DNA from: an uncultured virus (IMG/VR IMGVR_UViG_3300027241_000181)
Taxonomy: Duplodnaviria; Heunggongvirae; Uroviricota; Caudoviricetes
Length of the DNA stretch: 64,000 nt
Reading direction: 5' to 3' (one strand)
Virus record (IMG/VR): IMGVR_UViG_3300027241_000181
Below the pieces are notes generated by a model. The model had not been told where the DNA came from, searched no databases, and was given only the letters and a program-made list of their open reading frames with translations. Positions 38,770 through 48,248 of the stretch are shown here, one piece after another. Position 1 is the first letter of the stretch, and each line of letters begins with the position of its first letter. Both the position numbers and the translations under genes were made by a program.

Positions 38770-41064
38770 ATGGCACTAAGTCCACAACTTCTACAATTCA
38801 AGAGCTCTGGTGTATACAGACTTGAATTCGATAAGTCGCAGACTGTCAACATTCCAGCCGAAACAATCAGATTGATTGTTGGTCACTCTAAGAAAGGACC
38901 ATACAATTCTCCTGTTTTGATCGACTCAGTTGAACAGTTCATCAATGTTTTTGGTAGCATTGATCGCAACTTGGAGAAAAAAGGCATGTTCTTCCACAGA
39001 TCAGCTCTTACAGCTCTAACAAGAGGTCCTATCCTAGCTCTTAACCTAGCTAAATTTGATAGCAATGACAAAATTTCTTATGCAGCACCTGTAACTGATG
39101 CTTCAGATGCACTTTCAACTGCAATTGAGAATGAAAATGAGTACTCAAAGTTTTTCAACATTGAAAAATTCTGGACTCCTTCTGACGACGCAGTTAACAA
39201 TGTAGTCGGTAATGCTATTAAAGGTAACGTTCTAAGATTTGCTAACATTAAGCAAGATCCTATCACTGTTATTGTTAGACAAGCACAAGACGTTAAACCT
39301 TTCAATATCACTGCAAGAGAGTGGTACGGAGAAGGTAACGTTCCTGCATACCTAAATGACTTTGATTATATGTCAGACTTCATGGTTGACGTATTCGTAT
39401 TCAAAGGAGGCTTTGATGCACTTGTAATGGACACAGATCCTATTTATGGCGAATTCTTTACAGCTGATGGTCTAGATAAGACTAAGCTTGCTGAATTTGC
39501 TAACCTAAGACAAGTATCTCTAATTGCACAATACACTGGTTCTATTCTTCCAGGTTTCACAGATCTAGAAGGCAACCAAATGTACGTTGAGACAATGATC
39601 AATTCTGAAGCAAGAAGAACAGGTTTGTTCTGCGCTGTTCTAGAAGATGCAGTTCTTGACGAAGCAAACGGTACTGCAGTTGATTTAATCGGTCACACTG
39701 GTGATTCTCTAGACGCTCTATCGTATTCTTTAACTACAGGTGATAGAGATGTTATGATTGATGCTGCATGGGTATATGCTGCTGGTTCAAACACCGCAAC
39801 ATTCACATACCAGGGTATACTTACTCCACCAACGTTTGATCTAAAGGTTGGTCACTACATTCATGCTGACGCTACCAATAGACTTGCTAAGGTAACTAGA
39901 ATCATTAAAAACGTTATTCCAGCTACTACAGCACCAGCACCTCCGGCAGATCCAATTACAACTTACACAGTTTACGTACATACGACACCAGCTGCAGTAT
40001 TTGCAGGAGCTTATTCTTCATACGAAGAAGCAACTGCTGTCTATTACCCATTCGTTCTAGATGGAGCGAAGATTGGTACACAGTCTATCCTAGATTGCCT
40101 AGACGCAGTAAACACTGGTACAAACCTAGGTAACACTCTAGCAGACAAAGATAACATCACGTACAGATACATTGTTGATACATTTGGTTCTTATGAATCT
40201 GCGAACGGTATTCTAAATAAGTCACAGCTTTCAAACCTAGCTAAGACTAGACAGAATGCTTCTGCCATCCTAAACGCGCCAATGATCTTTGAATTCAAAG
40301 CATCTACAAACCCATCTTTCATCGATGATAATGGTGCATTCAATGTAAATTACGTTGCGAATGGCGGTAACCTAGACAAGAACCCAACTTCATTGTATTC
40401 TCTACCTTCAATCAACGAAGGTGCTAACTTTGCATTCTACTACGGTCCAGGTCTAGTTGTTAGAGAGAACAATAAAGATCTAATCGTTCCTCCAGCATCT
40501 TACGTTTCTAACAACTTCATTGACAAGTACACTGATTCTCTACCATGGGCAATCGTTGCTGGTCCAAGAAGAGGTGTAGTTTCTGGTTCTGGTGTATCAG
40601 GCGCAGAATACGCATTCGACAAGGCGGACAGAGATGTTCTTGAGCCATTCGGTTACAACCCAATCGTCTTCCAAAGAGGCGTTGGTCTAACAATTCTCGG
40701 TAACAAGACTGCACAGCAGTCTGTTCAATCAGCGCTGTCATCGGCTCACGTAAGGGAGGTGTTGATCTTCATACAGGAAGGTATTGCCAACATTCTTAAG
40801 GATTACGTATTTGAGTTCAACACTGCTCAAACAAGACTTGAAATTAAAACTCTAGCTGACTCATTTATGGAATCAGTTAAAGCTGACTTTGGTGTTTACG
40901 ATTACAAAAACGTAATGGACACTACAAACAATACCAATGATGTGATTGATGCAAATATGGGTATCGTCGATACTTATGTTGAACCAGTTAAAGGTCTAGA
41001 GATTGTTGTTCACAGAACTACGATCCTAAACACTGGAGAAATCTCAACTGGTAACTTCAGCTAA
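38770..41064 (+). CDS. gp18: Tail sheath protein (gp18)
   Basis: SSGVY..E.D.S, GHSKKGP.N.P, F...FG, VPP, PW...AGPRRG, G.NPI, GNKT and VFEFN...TR. Confidence 0.92.
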   Translation: MALSPQLLQFKSSGVYRLEFDKSQTVNIPAETIRLIVGHSKKGPYNSPVLIDSVEQFINVFGSIDRNLEKKGMFFHRSALTALTRGPILALNLAKFDSNDKISYAAPVTDASDALSTAIENENEYSKFFNIEKFWTPSDDAVNNVVGNAIKGNVLRFANIKQDPITVIVRQAQDVKPFNITAREWYGEGNVPAYLNDFDYMSDFMVDVFVFKGGFDALVMDTDPIYGEFFTADGLDKTKLAEFANLRQVSLIAQYTGSILPGFTDLEGNQMYVETMINSEARRTGLFCAVLEDAVLDEANGTAVDLIGHTGDSLDALSYSLTTGDRDVMIDAAWVYAAGSNTATFTYQGILTPPTFDLKVGHYIHADATNRLAKVTRIIKNVIPATTAPAPPADPITTYTVYVHTTPAAVFAGAYSSYEEATAVYYPFVLDGAKIGTQSILDCLDAVNTGTNLGNTLADKDNITYRYIVDTFGSYESANGILNKSQLSNLAKTRQNASAILNAPMIFEFKASTNPSFIDDNGAFNVNYVANGGNLDKNPTSLYSLPSINEGANFAFYYGPGLVVRENNKDLIVPPASYVSNNFIDKYTDSLPWAIVAGPRRGVVSGSGVSGAEYAFDKADRDVLEPFGYNPIVFQRGVGLTILGNKTAQQSVQSALSSAHVREVLIFIQEGIANILKDYVFEFNTAQTRLEIKTLADSFMESVKADFGVYDYKNVMDTTNNTNDVIDANMGIVDTYVEPVKGLEIVVHRTTILNTGEISTGNFS

Positions 41065-41094
41065 TTAGATATATAAAAAAAGCTTAAGAAGAAA

Positions 41095-41649
41095 ATGCCT
41101 TTACCACACTATTCAAACGATCAGACCAGCAGAAAGGGTAGAAACTTTGAACCAGTACAACAGTCACTGTTCGAAGTAACAATTATCCCACCTGCAGGTG
41201 TACAAGGTGCTAACATGCTTCTTCAGCAAGTTAAGTCAATTTCTGGTCTAGCAATCAACAAAGAGATTGGTACTCAGGAGCAGAAGTTTAAGTTTGTAAC
41301 ACGTTCATTTGCATCTCAACCAGATTCAACTGCACTAGACGTTGCAATCGCTTTCGAACTTAACTTGAACGAAGCTAACGAAGCATACGTATACAAGACG
41401 CTAAAACAATGGTATAATTTGATTTACAATCCAAATACCGGTGCTTTTGGCCTAAAGAAAGATTACGTTGGTACTATCATCGTAACACAATTTAACAGAG
41501 CAGGTGACATCTTTAGAACAGTTACTCTAGAAGATGCGTTCATTTCATCAGGTCTTCCATTCCTAGAGGGTGGTGACTATTCAGACGCAGCTCCTCAAAC
41601 CCTAGAGGTTACTTGGAGAGTTGATTCTTGGAAAGAACAACTTGCATAA
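41095..41649 (+). CDS. Tail tube protein (gp19-like)
   Basis: Follows the sheath gene; FEV.I, W..LIYNP.TG, DY.G...V.Q..R.G; GATATATA at 41068. Confidence 0.85.
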   Translation: MPLPHYSNDQTSRKGRNFEPVQQSLFEVTIIPPAGVQGANMLLQQVKSISGLAINKEIGTQEQKFKFVTRSFASQPDSTALDVAIAFELNLNEANEAYVYKTLKQWYNLIYNPNTGAFGLKKDYVGTIIVTQFNRAGDIFRTVTLEDAFISSGLPFLEGGDYSDAAPQTLEVTWRVDSWKEQLA

Positions 41650-41659
41650 TTTTATAAAA

Positions 41660-41693
41660 GAGGAGCAGGTTCATAAGATCTGCTCCCTTTTTT
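41660..41693 (+). terminator. Intrinsic terminator
   Basis: GGAGCAG...CTGCTCC followed by a T-tract. Confidence 0.8.
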
Positions 41694-41729
41694 GACACTT
41701 TTTAAAAGATAATATCTTATCAAGGTAGT

Positions 41730-41954
41730 ATGAACGATACATCAAAGCTTACCAAAAAACTTCAGGTTCTTCTGTCTGAAGATGAGGTGGCAATTCTCAA
41801 CAGAATCATTCTTAATGACGCAATTGAAAACGGATCAAGACCAATTTCAATGTCAGCTTTCATTAGAGAATTAATCCGACTTAAAATCGAATCTACGTCA
41901 GATGATCAGAAGACATTTGACAAAACCAGGTTAAAGCAACTTAAAAACAAATAA
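41730..41954 (+). CDS. Small protein, ribbon-helix-helix-like
   Basis: KLQVLLSEDE...L...., SMSAFIRELI pattern. Confidence 0.5.
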   Translation: MNDTSKLTKKLQVLLSEDEVAILNRIILNDAIENGSRPISMSAFIRELIRLKIESTSDDQKTFDKTRLKQLKNK

Positions 41955-41956
41955 TT

Positions 41957-42883
41957 ATGAGCGAAGAAAACGATTACAAATCAATGGTTGACGAGAAAGA
42001 CGGCATCGTTGAAGAAGTAAAAAAGAACGGTCTTGGCAAAGCGTCAATGACTAGGTTTAACAATGACACATTGGATTCAGACATTCATTTGGGATATGTT
42101 GATGTTAAAGTCGAAGATGTACCATCTGAGGGTATGTTTTATCCAGTCGATACTTCAATTAAAATTAGATCTGCGAGAGTAGCTGAAATTAGACACTTCT
42201 CAACACTTGACGAAAGCAACATTCTCGATATCGAAGAAAAGTTAAATCAAATCATTAAAGGTTGTGTCAGAATTCAATCAGGTTCAAGAATTCTTTCATA
42301 TAAGGACATCCTTGAGGAAGATAGAATCTATTTACTTCTTTTGATCAGAGATCTTACTTTTCCTGAACCAGAGAATAAAATCATGATTAAGCATCAACAC
42401 GATGGTAAAAACATGGATGTAGAATTATCAATTAAGTACCTTCAGACCGAAGATATTGATTCAGAGATTGCTCCATATTACAGTGAAGAAGCTCGCGCAT
42501 TTGTTATTCAAACTAAATCTGCAGGTGAAGTTGTAATGAGACCACCTTCAATCGGTGTGATGGAAGAGGTTACAAAATTCATTCAACTTCGTCAAAGAGA
42601 GCGTAAGACGTTTGATCAATCATTCTTACAAATTCTTCCATACATTACAACTGATTGGAGAGGATTTGGTTCTAAGGTTATTTTTGAAAAAGAAATTGAG
42701 TTCCAGGGTTGGAATGAAAAGAAATACATGGTCATCTATAGATTAGCTGAAAAGATGAAGGTCGGTGTTAAAACTGATTTGAAAGTTGACCACGAGGGTG
42801 AGGAGGTCCTCGTACCTATGAACTTTCCCGGTGGGATCAAATCTCTTTTCCTTATTTCAGATCTCTCTGGAGAACTTCTTTAA
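41957..42883 (+). CDS. Baseplate hub / tail assembly chaperone (gp26-like)
   Basis: PSEG.FYP, IKIR....E and DR.YLLL.IR; lies between tube and tape measure. Confidence 0.65.
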   Translation: MSEENDYKSMVDEKDGIVEEVKKNGLGKASMTRFNNDTLDSDIHLGYVDVKVEDVPSEGMFYPVDTSIKIRSARVAEIRHFSTLDESNILDIEEKLNQIIKGCVRIQSGSRILSYKDILEEDRIYLLLLIRDLTFPEPENKIMIKHQHDGKNMDVELSIKYLQTEDIDSEIAPYYSEEARAFVIQTKSAGEVVMRPPSIGVMEEVTKFIQLRQRERKTFDQSFLQILPYITTDWRGFGSKVIFEKEIEFQGWNEKKYMVIYRLAEKMKVGVKTDLKVDHEGEEVLVPMNFPGGIKSLFLISDLSGELL

Positions 42884-43154
42884 GACTAAGTTCTATCTTG
42901 CGCATCACATTCGACTACAACCGAGTGAGATTGAACAGATGCCATACTATGAGTACTGGTATTATGTTAAGCACCTGATAGACCACTTAAAAGAGCAAGA
43001 TAAATCAAATAAGAAGGAACAAGAGCAGTATGATGACCAATCTGCTGAAATGAAGTCACAAGCTAAAATGCCAAAGATGCCAAATTACGGTAACTTTAAC
43101 GCAGGTAGCATGGGAGGAATGAAGATGCCTTCAGTTAAAATGCCAAAGCTCTAA
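42831..43154 (+). CDS. gp51-like hub assembly protein; start uncertain (GTG or frameshift)
   Basis: SLENFFKTKF.LAHH....SEIEQMP.YE...Y...L resembles T4-like gp51 proteins. Confidence 0.6.
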   Translation: MGSNLFSLFQISLENFFKTKFYLAHHIRLQPSEIEQMPYYEYWYYVKHLIDHLKEQDKSNKKEQEQYDDQSAEMKSQAKMPKMPNYGNFNAGSMGGMKMPSVKMPKL

Positions 43155-43191
43155 TATATAGACTAGAGTAAAAAACATCTATGCTAAATAA

Positions 43192-45447
43192 GTGAAACTT
43201 TTCAGTTCTCCATTCGAGAAACTTTCATCTCAAAGTCTTCAAAACATTGAAACCGCCACTAGGGTGACAGCAGAGTCTGTTTCACCCGGCGGTGCTTTGT
43301 TGGGTAAGATTGAAGAAATGATCGGTTACTTGAAAAAAATAGAAAAGAATACATCTGTATATAAATCTCCACTGACTGGTTTAGATAAAGCTACATTAAA
43401 GCTAATTGGTCCAGCAGCTCAAGGCATTGCACAGGCTTTTAAAATTATCATTGATTCTATAAATGCCGCTCCGTCTGGAGAACAAATGGAGAAAAAGATC
43501 AATTCAGTCGTCAAGGGTATATCAGCCGTTGTAGGACTAGGTAAAGCTATTTTCAAATTTGCAGCAATGTTGGCGCTTTCACTTCCTCTATTAATCATAG
43601 GTATGGTGGCCCTACCATTAGCGGCCTTCATGATCTTAGCAGTTGCCAGTATATTCTTTTTGATCCAGGCAATGGGCATTGATAGAACAATCAAAAAGGT
43701 TGCAACAGGATTAGCTATTGCAGGTTTAGCATTTATAACACTTTCAGGTGGATTGGCAGTGAGTTATCTAATCATTGAATCTACGTTCGGTGGAGTTGGT
43801 AATGGAGCCATTGCTAGTATGGGAGTTTTCCTAGCTGTCTTAGTTTTAGGAACCGCAATAGTATTTAGTATCGCAGGTCTTTTATCACCGCTTATTCAAC
43901 GAGGTGCAATCGCGATTGGATTGTCGAGTCTACCGCTTTTAATTTTAGCAGCTTCATTTGCGATTTTTAGAACTGCCGTTCCACCAACCTCAGAAGGTTG
44001 GACTACGATTGCTCAAGTCGGAGCAACTGTCACCGGACTTGGAGTTTTAATGGCAGCTGCCGGAGCCGCTGCAGTACTTATTATTCCTGGCGCGGCAGCA
44101 ATGGTGATATCGGGTTTAGCATTATTATTAGTCTCTGCTGGATTTGCAGCCATTGCAGCTGTAATGAAACCTGGAAAGTTTGATTATTTGTTAGCGGATT
44201 CAGGCCATGTAACCGAAGGTTTCTTAGGGTTTGGTGCTGGTAGAATGATGTCAAACATGGAATGGGCAATTCTATCCCTTGCACGATCGTTTACATTACC
44301 TGTTAAATCAATTGCTTCAATGTATGCCGCTGCGCCGGCCTTGATCATGTCAGGTTTAGCTCTAATATCGATTTCGAAAGGTATCGAAAAGTTTCAATCG
44401 ATGCAAATTGATTATGAAACTCTACCTGGTCAAATTGATAAAGTCACGACTGTTTTAGCCGACTCATTTGCTAAAGTGGGCATGAAATATCCTGGAGGAG
44501 GTGCTGGACTAATCGGTGCAATGTTCGGTAGCGGTTCAGATACATCTGTGGTTGCACAAGGTATTTCAGCTGTTTCGGGTATGGGTAGAGCACTAACCGG
44601 TATTGCAACTGGAGTACAAGAAATGGCGTTACTAAGATTCCCTACTAAGTGGGATAAAAACGGTAACCCTATTGCATTTAGACAGCTAAAGGATGAAGAC
44701 TTTGACGCCGTCACTCGCAACACTCAAAAAATCGTAGTTGCTCTATCATCTACATTTGGTAAGATTGGCGCAATGCCAGAAGCAGCTGACCCATGGGGTT
44801 GGTTTGGTAACTCAAAGGTAGAAGAAGGTATTGAGATTGTTCAAAAGATGTCAGATCCGCTGGTTAAATTGTCAGAGTTCATTAAAACGTTTTCTCAGCA
44901 AGAAATTGATGTTAAAGGAACCGTTGATAAGACCAAGCAAATTATCGGTGCAATGACAGCTGTTTTTGTGGAAGCCGGCAAGAGTATGACGGTTGATCAA
45001 ATTGAAGCCGCTGCAGAAGCATACGAAGATATGGCCGATGCAATGGAAGACATGGCCGATTCAATGCAAGATTGGACCAAAGGTGTTAATTCACTTGATC
45101 TAAAGAAAGTCACAGAGGTCAGAAAGTTATATGAAGGTCTTGCATATCTTGCAAAGAACGATGGAGAAACTGCCATTGAGAAAATGGGATCTTCACTAGT
45201 TGAAGCCTTGAATCACTTGTCAGAGCTATTAGAAAAAGCAGGAGACAAGAAAGGAAGCTTCCTCGATGGTTTACTTCCAGGTGGTGGTGAAACTGCTCCT
45301 CCTAAAAAGCCAGGCACAGGTGCTGAAGTTCCAGGTAAAGAGAATAATAAATCTGAATCTTCTGCAATTTCAACGGCCGAACTCAAGAAGCTAGCGCAAA
45401 TCCTTCAGTCAGGTATTGACGTTAGAGTAGTCAACGACAGATTCTAA
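43192..45447 (+). CDS. Tape measure protein
   Basis: 751 aa, Ala/Gly-rich and helical with long hydrophobic segments; follows the chaperone genes; AATATATA at 43153. Confidence 0.7.
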   Translation: MKLFSSPFEKLSSQSLQNIETATRVTAESVSPGGALLGKIEEMIGYLKKIEKNTSVYKSPLTGLDKATLKLIGPAAQGIAQAFKIIIDSINAAPSGEQMEKKINSVVKGISAVVGLGKAIFKFAAMLALSLPLLIIGMVALPLAAFMILAVASIFFLIQAMGIDRTIKKVATGLAIAGLAFITLSGGLAVSYLIIESTFGGVGNGAIASMGVFLAVLVLGTAIVFSIAGLLSPLIQRGAIAIGLSSLPLLILAASFAIFRTAVPPTSEGWTTIAQVGATVTGLGVLMAAAGAAAVLIIPGAAAMVISGLALLLVSAGFAAIAAVMKPGKFDYLLADSGHVTEGFLGFGAGRMMSNMEWAILSLARSFTLPVKSIASMYAAAPALIMSGLALISISKGIEKFQSMQIDYETLPGQIDKVTTVLADSFAKVGMKYPGGGAGLIGAMFGSGSDTSVVAQGISAVSGMGRALTGIATGVQEMALLRFPTKWDKNGNPIAFRQLKDEDFDAVTRNTQKIVVALSSTFGKIGAMPEAADPWGWFGNSKVEEGIEIVQKMSDPLVKLSEFIKTFSQQEIDVKGTVDKTKQIIGAMTAVFVEAGKSMTVDQIEAAAEAYEDMADAMEDMADSMQDWTKGVNSLDLKKVTEVRKLYEGLAYLAKNDGETAIEKMGSSLVEALNHLSELLEKAGDKKGSFLDGLLPGGGETAPPKKPGTGAEVPGKENNKSESSAISTAELKKLAQILQSGIDVRVVNDRF

Positions 45448-45576
45448 CCTTCAACCCAGGATTAGAACCAATCCTTCTATGCCTTCTAATGTAATTGGTT
45501 TCATAGGTAGACAACTTTATTTCTTAGTGAAACAAACTCCTTAGATGTTATATAAATTACATTAGTCGATAAGATA

Positions 45577-47028
45577 ATGAACAAGGGAGTAACATTTGTT
45601 TTAACATCATGTGGAAGAGTTGATCTTTTAGAAAAGACCCTAGAGTCTTTCTTTAAGTTTAATACATATCCAATCGACAGATATTTGATTACTGAAGATT
45701 CTGCTGATTTAAAAGTTTTCGAACAATGCAAAGTCTTAAATCAAAAATACGATAATAAGCTCGAATTCATTTTCAATTACGAGAAGTTAGGACAGACAGG
45801 ATCCATAGATAAAGCGTATTCAATGGTGGAAACAGAATACGTATTCCATTGTGAAGAAGATTGGGATTTTAATCGATCGGGTTTTATTGAAAAATCAATA
45901 AAAGTTTTAGAAAAATATCCAAAGATTTTACAAGTTTGGATTAGACCAAAGTCAGACAAGATTCTTAATAGTATTGATTCGCAAATTCACTCGGTAGAAG
46001 AAGGGGTATCTATAAGAATAGTAAAGCCCGTCAGTTTTACTGTCAAAGGAGCTAATGACGATGGAACCGATATGATAATTAAAAATTATATGGGTTTTAG
46101 TTGGAATCCTGGATTGAAAAGATTAAGTGATTGGAAACTTTTAAGTGAAGGTTACTCAGGCCTTAACAGAGAACACCTAGTCGACGCATATTATAGAGAT
46201 AGAGGATTTTCAGTTTGGAGCCTTTCTGAAAATGATGAAGATGGATATGTTACACATTCCGGATGGGATAGAAGGGCTGATAATCCTGTTCTTAAAGAAC
46301 AAAAGGTAGGCATTTCAGTTGTAATGCCATCTTTTCTTGGTGAATACGCTGGCAGTAGATCAAATCCCGTTGAAAAGTTTATCAGAGCTGTTGAATCATT
46401 TAAAGCACAGATTTACAAACAAAAGGAATTAATCATCATCAGTGATGGCTGTGAAAGAACTAATCAGATCTACGAAGAAAGATGGAAACAAGATCCTTTA
46501 ATTAGGTTGATTAAATGTGAAAAATCAGATTCAACTTGGCCTGGAACACTAAGAGAAGTAGGAAGGTCAGTAGCGAGATATAATTGGATATGTTACCTAG
46601 ACACAGACGACATCATTTTAGAAAATCATTTATCTTTAATTAGTAATGCAATTACGACAGCGCCAAATGGAACTACTGTTTTATTTGACATGTATTACAT
46701 GCTTCCTTTAATTGAAAATCCAAATAAGCTAATGCTTCAATATTTTGGAATGGATAATAATGTTAAAGGATATGAAGAATTAAGAAACGCATGTCAATTA
46801 ATTGTAATTAATCAAAAGATTGCATCTACTAAAGCAATGGGCCAAAATGGAACTTGGCAAATCGTTCATCATAAAGAAGTTCCTCATCGTTGGAGGAATT
46901 CATTGACGATGGGAGAAGACCTAGACTTTATCAATCGTTTAAAAACAACTGAAAAGTATTCTACATTTAGAGGGCAATTTCTTTTATGTCACAATACCAA
47001 TAATAGAAAAACAATTTGGGAAATCTAA
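45577..47028 (+). CDS. Two-domain glycosyltransferase (tandem GT-A/GT2 domains)
   Basis: N-domain TSCGR.DLL..TL.SF and FHCEEDW; C-domain ISVVMP, ELIIISDGC, YLDTDD and GED. Confidence 0.85.
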   Translation: MNKGVTFVLTSCGRVDLLEKTLESFFKFNTYPIDRYLITEDSADLKVFEQCKVLNQKYDNKLEFIFNYEKLGQTGSIDKAYSMVETEYVFHCEEDWDFNRSGFIEKSIKVLEKYPKILQVWIRPKSDKILNSIDSQIHSVEEGVSIRIVKPVSFTVKGANDDGTDMIIKNYMGFSWNPGLKRLSDWKLLSEGYSGLNREHLVDAYYRDRGFSVWSLSENDEDGYVTHSGWDRRADNPVLKEQKVGISVVMPSFLGEYAGSRSNPVEKFIRAVESFKAQIYKQKELIIISDGCERTNQIYEERWKQDPLIRLIKCEKSDSTWPGTLREVGRSVARYNWICYLDTDDIILENHLSLISNAITTAPNGTTVLFDMYYMLPLIENPNKLMLQYFGMDNNVKGYEELRNACQLIVINQKIASTKAMGQNGTWQIVHHKEVPHRWRNSLTMGEDLDFINRLKTTEKYSTFRGQFLLCHNTNNRKTIWEI

Positions 47029-47039
47029 ACTCATTTATA

Positions 47040-47282
47040 ATGATAACTTCACAAACAAATCAATACAACTCATCAACTGTTAAATCTAGTTCTTACAACT
47101 ACGAGCACAAGGTCCTAACAGTTCACTTTGATCACGCAACTTACGTTTATGAAAACGTGTCAGTCGAAGACTACGTATTCTTCGCTTCAGCCTCCTCACA
47201 GGGTCGCTCTCTAAATGAATTTATCAAGGGTAAGTACGAGTTTCAAAAGATTAACGAAATCAAAGAAGCTTCGGCCAAGTGA
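47040..47282 (+). CDS. KTSC domain protein
   Basis: SS.V....Y......L.V.F....Y.YENV....Y..F..A.S.G...N..IK..Y. Confidence 0.8.
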   Translation: MITSQTNQYNSSTVKSSSYNYEHKVLTVHFDHATYVYENVSVEDYVFFASASSQGRSLNEFIKGKYEFQKINEIKEASAK

Positions 47283-47284
47283 TT

Positions 47285-47311
47285 GAAACAAACTCTCAAG
47301 TTAGAGTATAA
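47285..47311 (+). promoter_or_regulatory. Bipartite promoter for the tRNA cluster
   Basis: GAAAC-N16-GTATAA; further copies at 47462-47488 and 49156-49182. Confidence 0.7.
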
Positions 47312-47366
47312 ATAACTGAATATCGTTCTTTAACATACTGTAATCAAAGACAAAAATTAACTCTTT

Positions 47367-47440
47367 GGACCCATAGCTCAATTGGATAGAGCAACACACT
47401 TCTAATGTGTAGGTTACAGGTTCGACTCCTGTTGGGTTCA
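47367..47440 (+). tRNA. trnR: tRNA-Arg(UCU)
   Basis: GGACCCA/TGGGTTC acceptor; anticodon arm ACACA-CT TCT AA-TGTGT; GGTTCGACTCC. Confidence 0.93.
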
Positions 47441-47563
47441 CAAAAAAAGTTTAAACCCGATGAAACTATAACATACCATCAGGTATAAATAACACAACAA
47501 AATAGTTCTTTGTTTTTGGTTACACAAAGACGGGAGACCCTGGAAACAGACTCCCTTTTTAAT

Positions 47564-47645
47564 GCGGATGTGGCGAAATTGGTAGACGCGCCAGACTTAG
47601 GATCTGGTTTCTTACGAAGTGAAGGTTCGATTCCTTTCATCCGCA
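47564..47645 (+). tRNA. trnL: tRNA-Leu(UAG)
   Basis: GCGGATG/CATCCGC acceptor; CCAGA-CT TAG GA-TCTGG; long variable arm. Confidence 0.93.
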
Positions 47646-47699
47646 CAAACCCAGACGTGTACTAAAACACTGTTCTTTGACATATTAGTTCTAATAAAG

Positions 47700-47784
47700 G
47701 GAGGCGTGGCAGAGTGGTCGATCGCGGCAGTCTTGAAAACTGTTGACTGTAACAGGTCCGTAGGTTCGAATCCTACCGCCTCCG
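47700..47784 (+). tRNA. trnS: tRNA-Ser(UGA)
   Basis: GGAGGCG/CGCCTCC acceptor; GCAGT-CT TGA AA-ACTGT; long variable arm. Confidence 0.93.
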
Positions 47785-47845
47785 CGAAGAGATTGCAATT
47801 CTATTGAGAATTGATTCTCTTTATTAACCTTTAAACAAGAGTAAC

Positions 47846-48010
47846 ATGAAAAAATCTCTTTTTCTAGCTGCAATGGCATTCGCCGCTGTAGCTTGTAACA
47901 ACACTGAAGAGGTTGTAACTGAGGAAACTACTACCGTTGAGGAAGTTGTTTCTGAGGAAGCTACCACTGAAGTAGTTGCGGAAGAAGCTACCGAAGTAGT
48001 AGCTGAGTAA
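47846..48010 (+). CDS. 54-aa acidic lipoprotein; not in the ORF track
   Basis: MKKSLFLAAMAFAAVAC lipobox signal, then low-complexity E/V/T/A repeats. Confidence 0.75.
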   Translation: MKKSLFLAAMAFAAVACNNTEEVVTEETTTVEEVVSEEATTEVVAEEATEVVAE

Positions 48011-48069
48011 TCCCACTGAGTCTAGCCTAGGGGACGGGACTAACACTCAACTCGATACCGTCCCCTAAT

Positions 48070-48145
48070 GCCTCCTTAGCTCAGTTGGTAGAGCCACTGA
48101 TTTGTAATCAGTAGGTCGTTGGTTCGAGTCCGACAGGAGGCTCCA
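48070..48145 (+). tRNA. trnT: tRNA-Thr(UGU)
   Basis: GCCTCCT/AGGAGGC acceptor; ACTGA-TT TGT AA-TCAGT; encoded CCA. Confidence 0.93.
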
Positions 48146-48146
48146 A

Positions 48147-48242
48147 GGTGGTAATTAGACGAAAATGAAATTCATGCTGTGATGTTAACCTAATCAGCAC
48201 ATTCAGAAGTAGAAATGAGTAACCGCAAATTACTCGCCACCA
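48147..48242 (+). ncRNA. Unassigned tRNA-like structured RNA
   Basis: GGTGGT/GCCACC terminal stem stacked on a GAGTAA-CCGCAAA-TTACTC hairpin; internal TGCTG/CAGCA stem. Confidence 0.5.
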
Positions 48243-48248
48243 AGAAAA

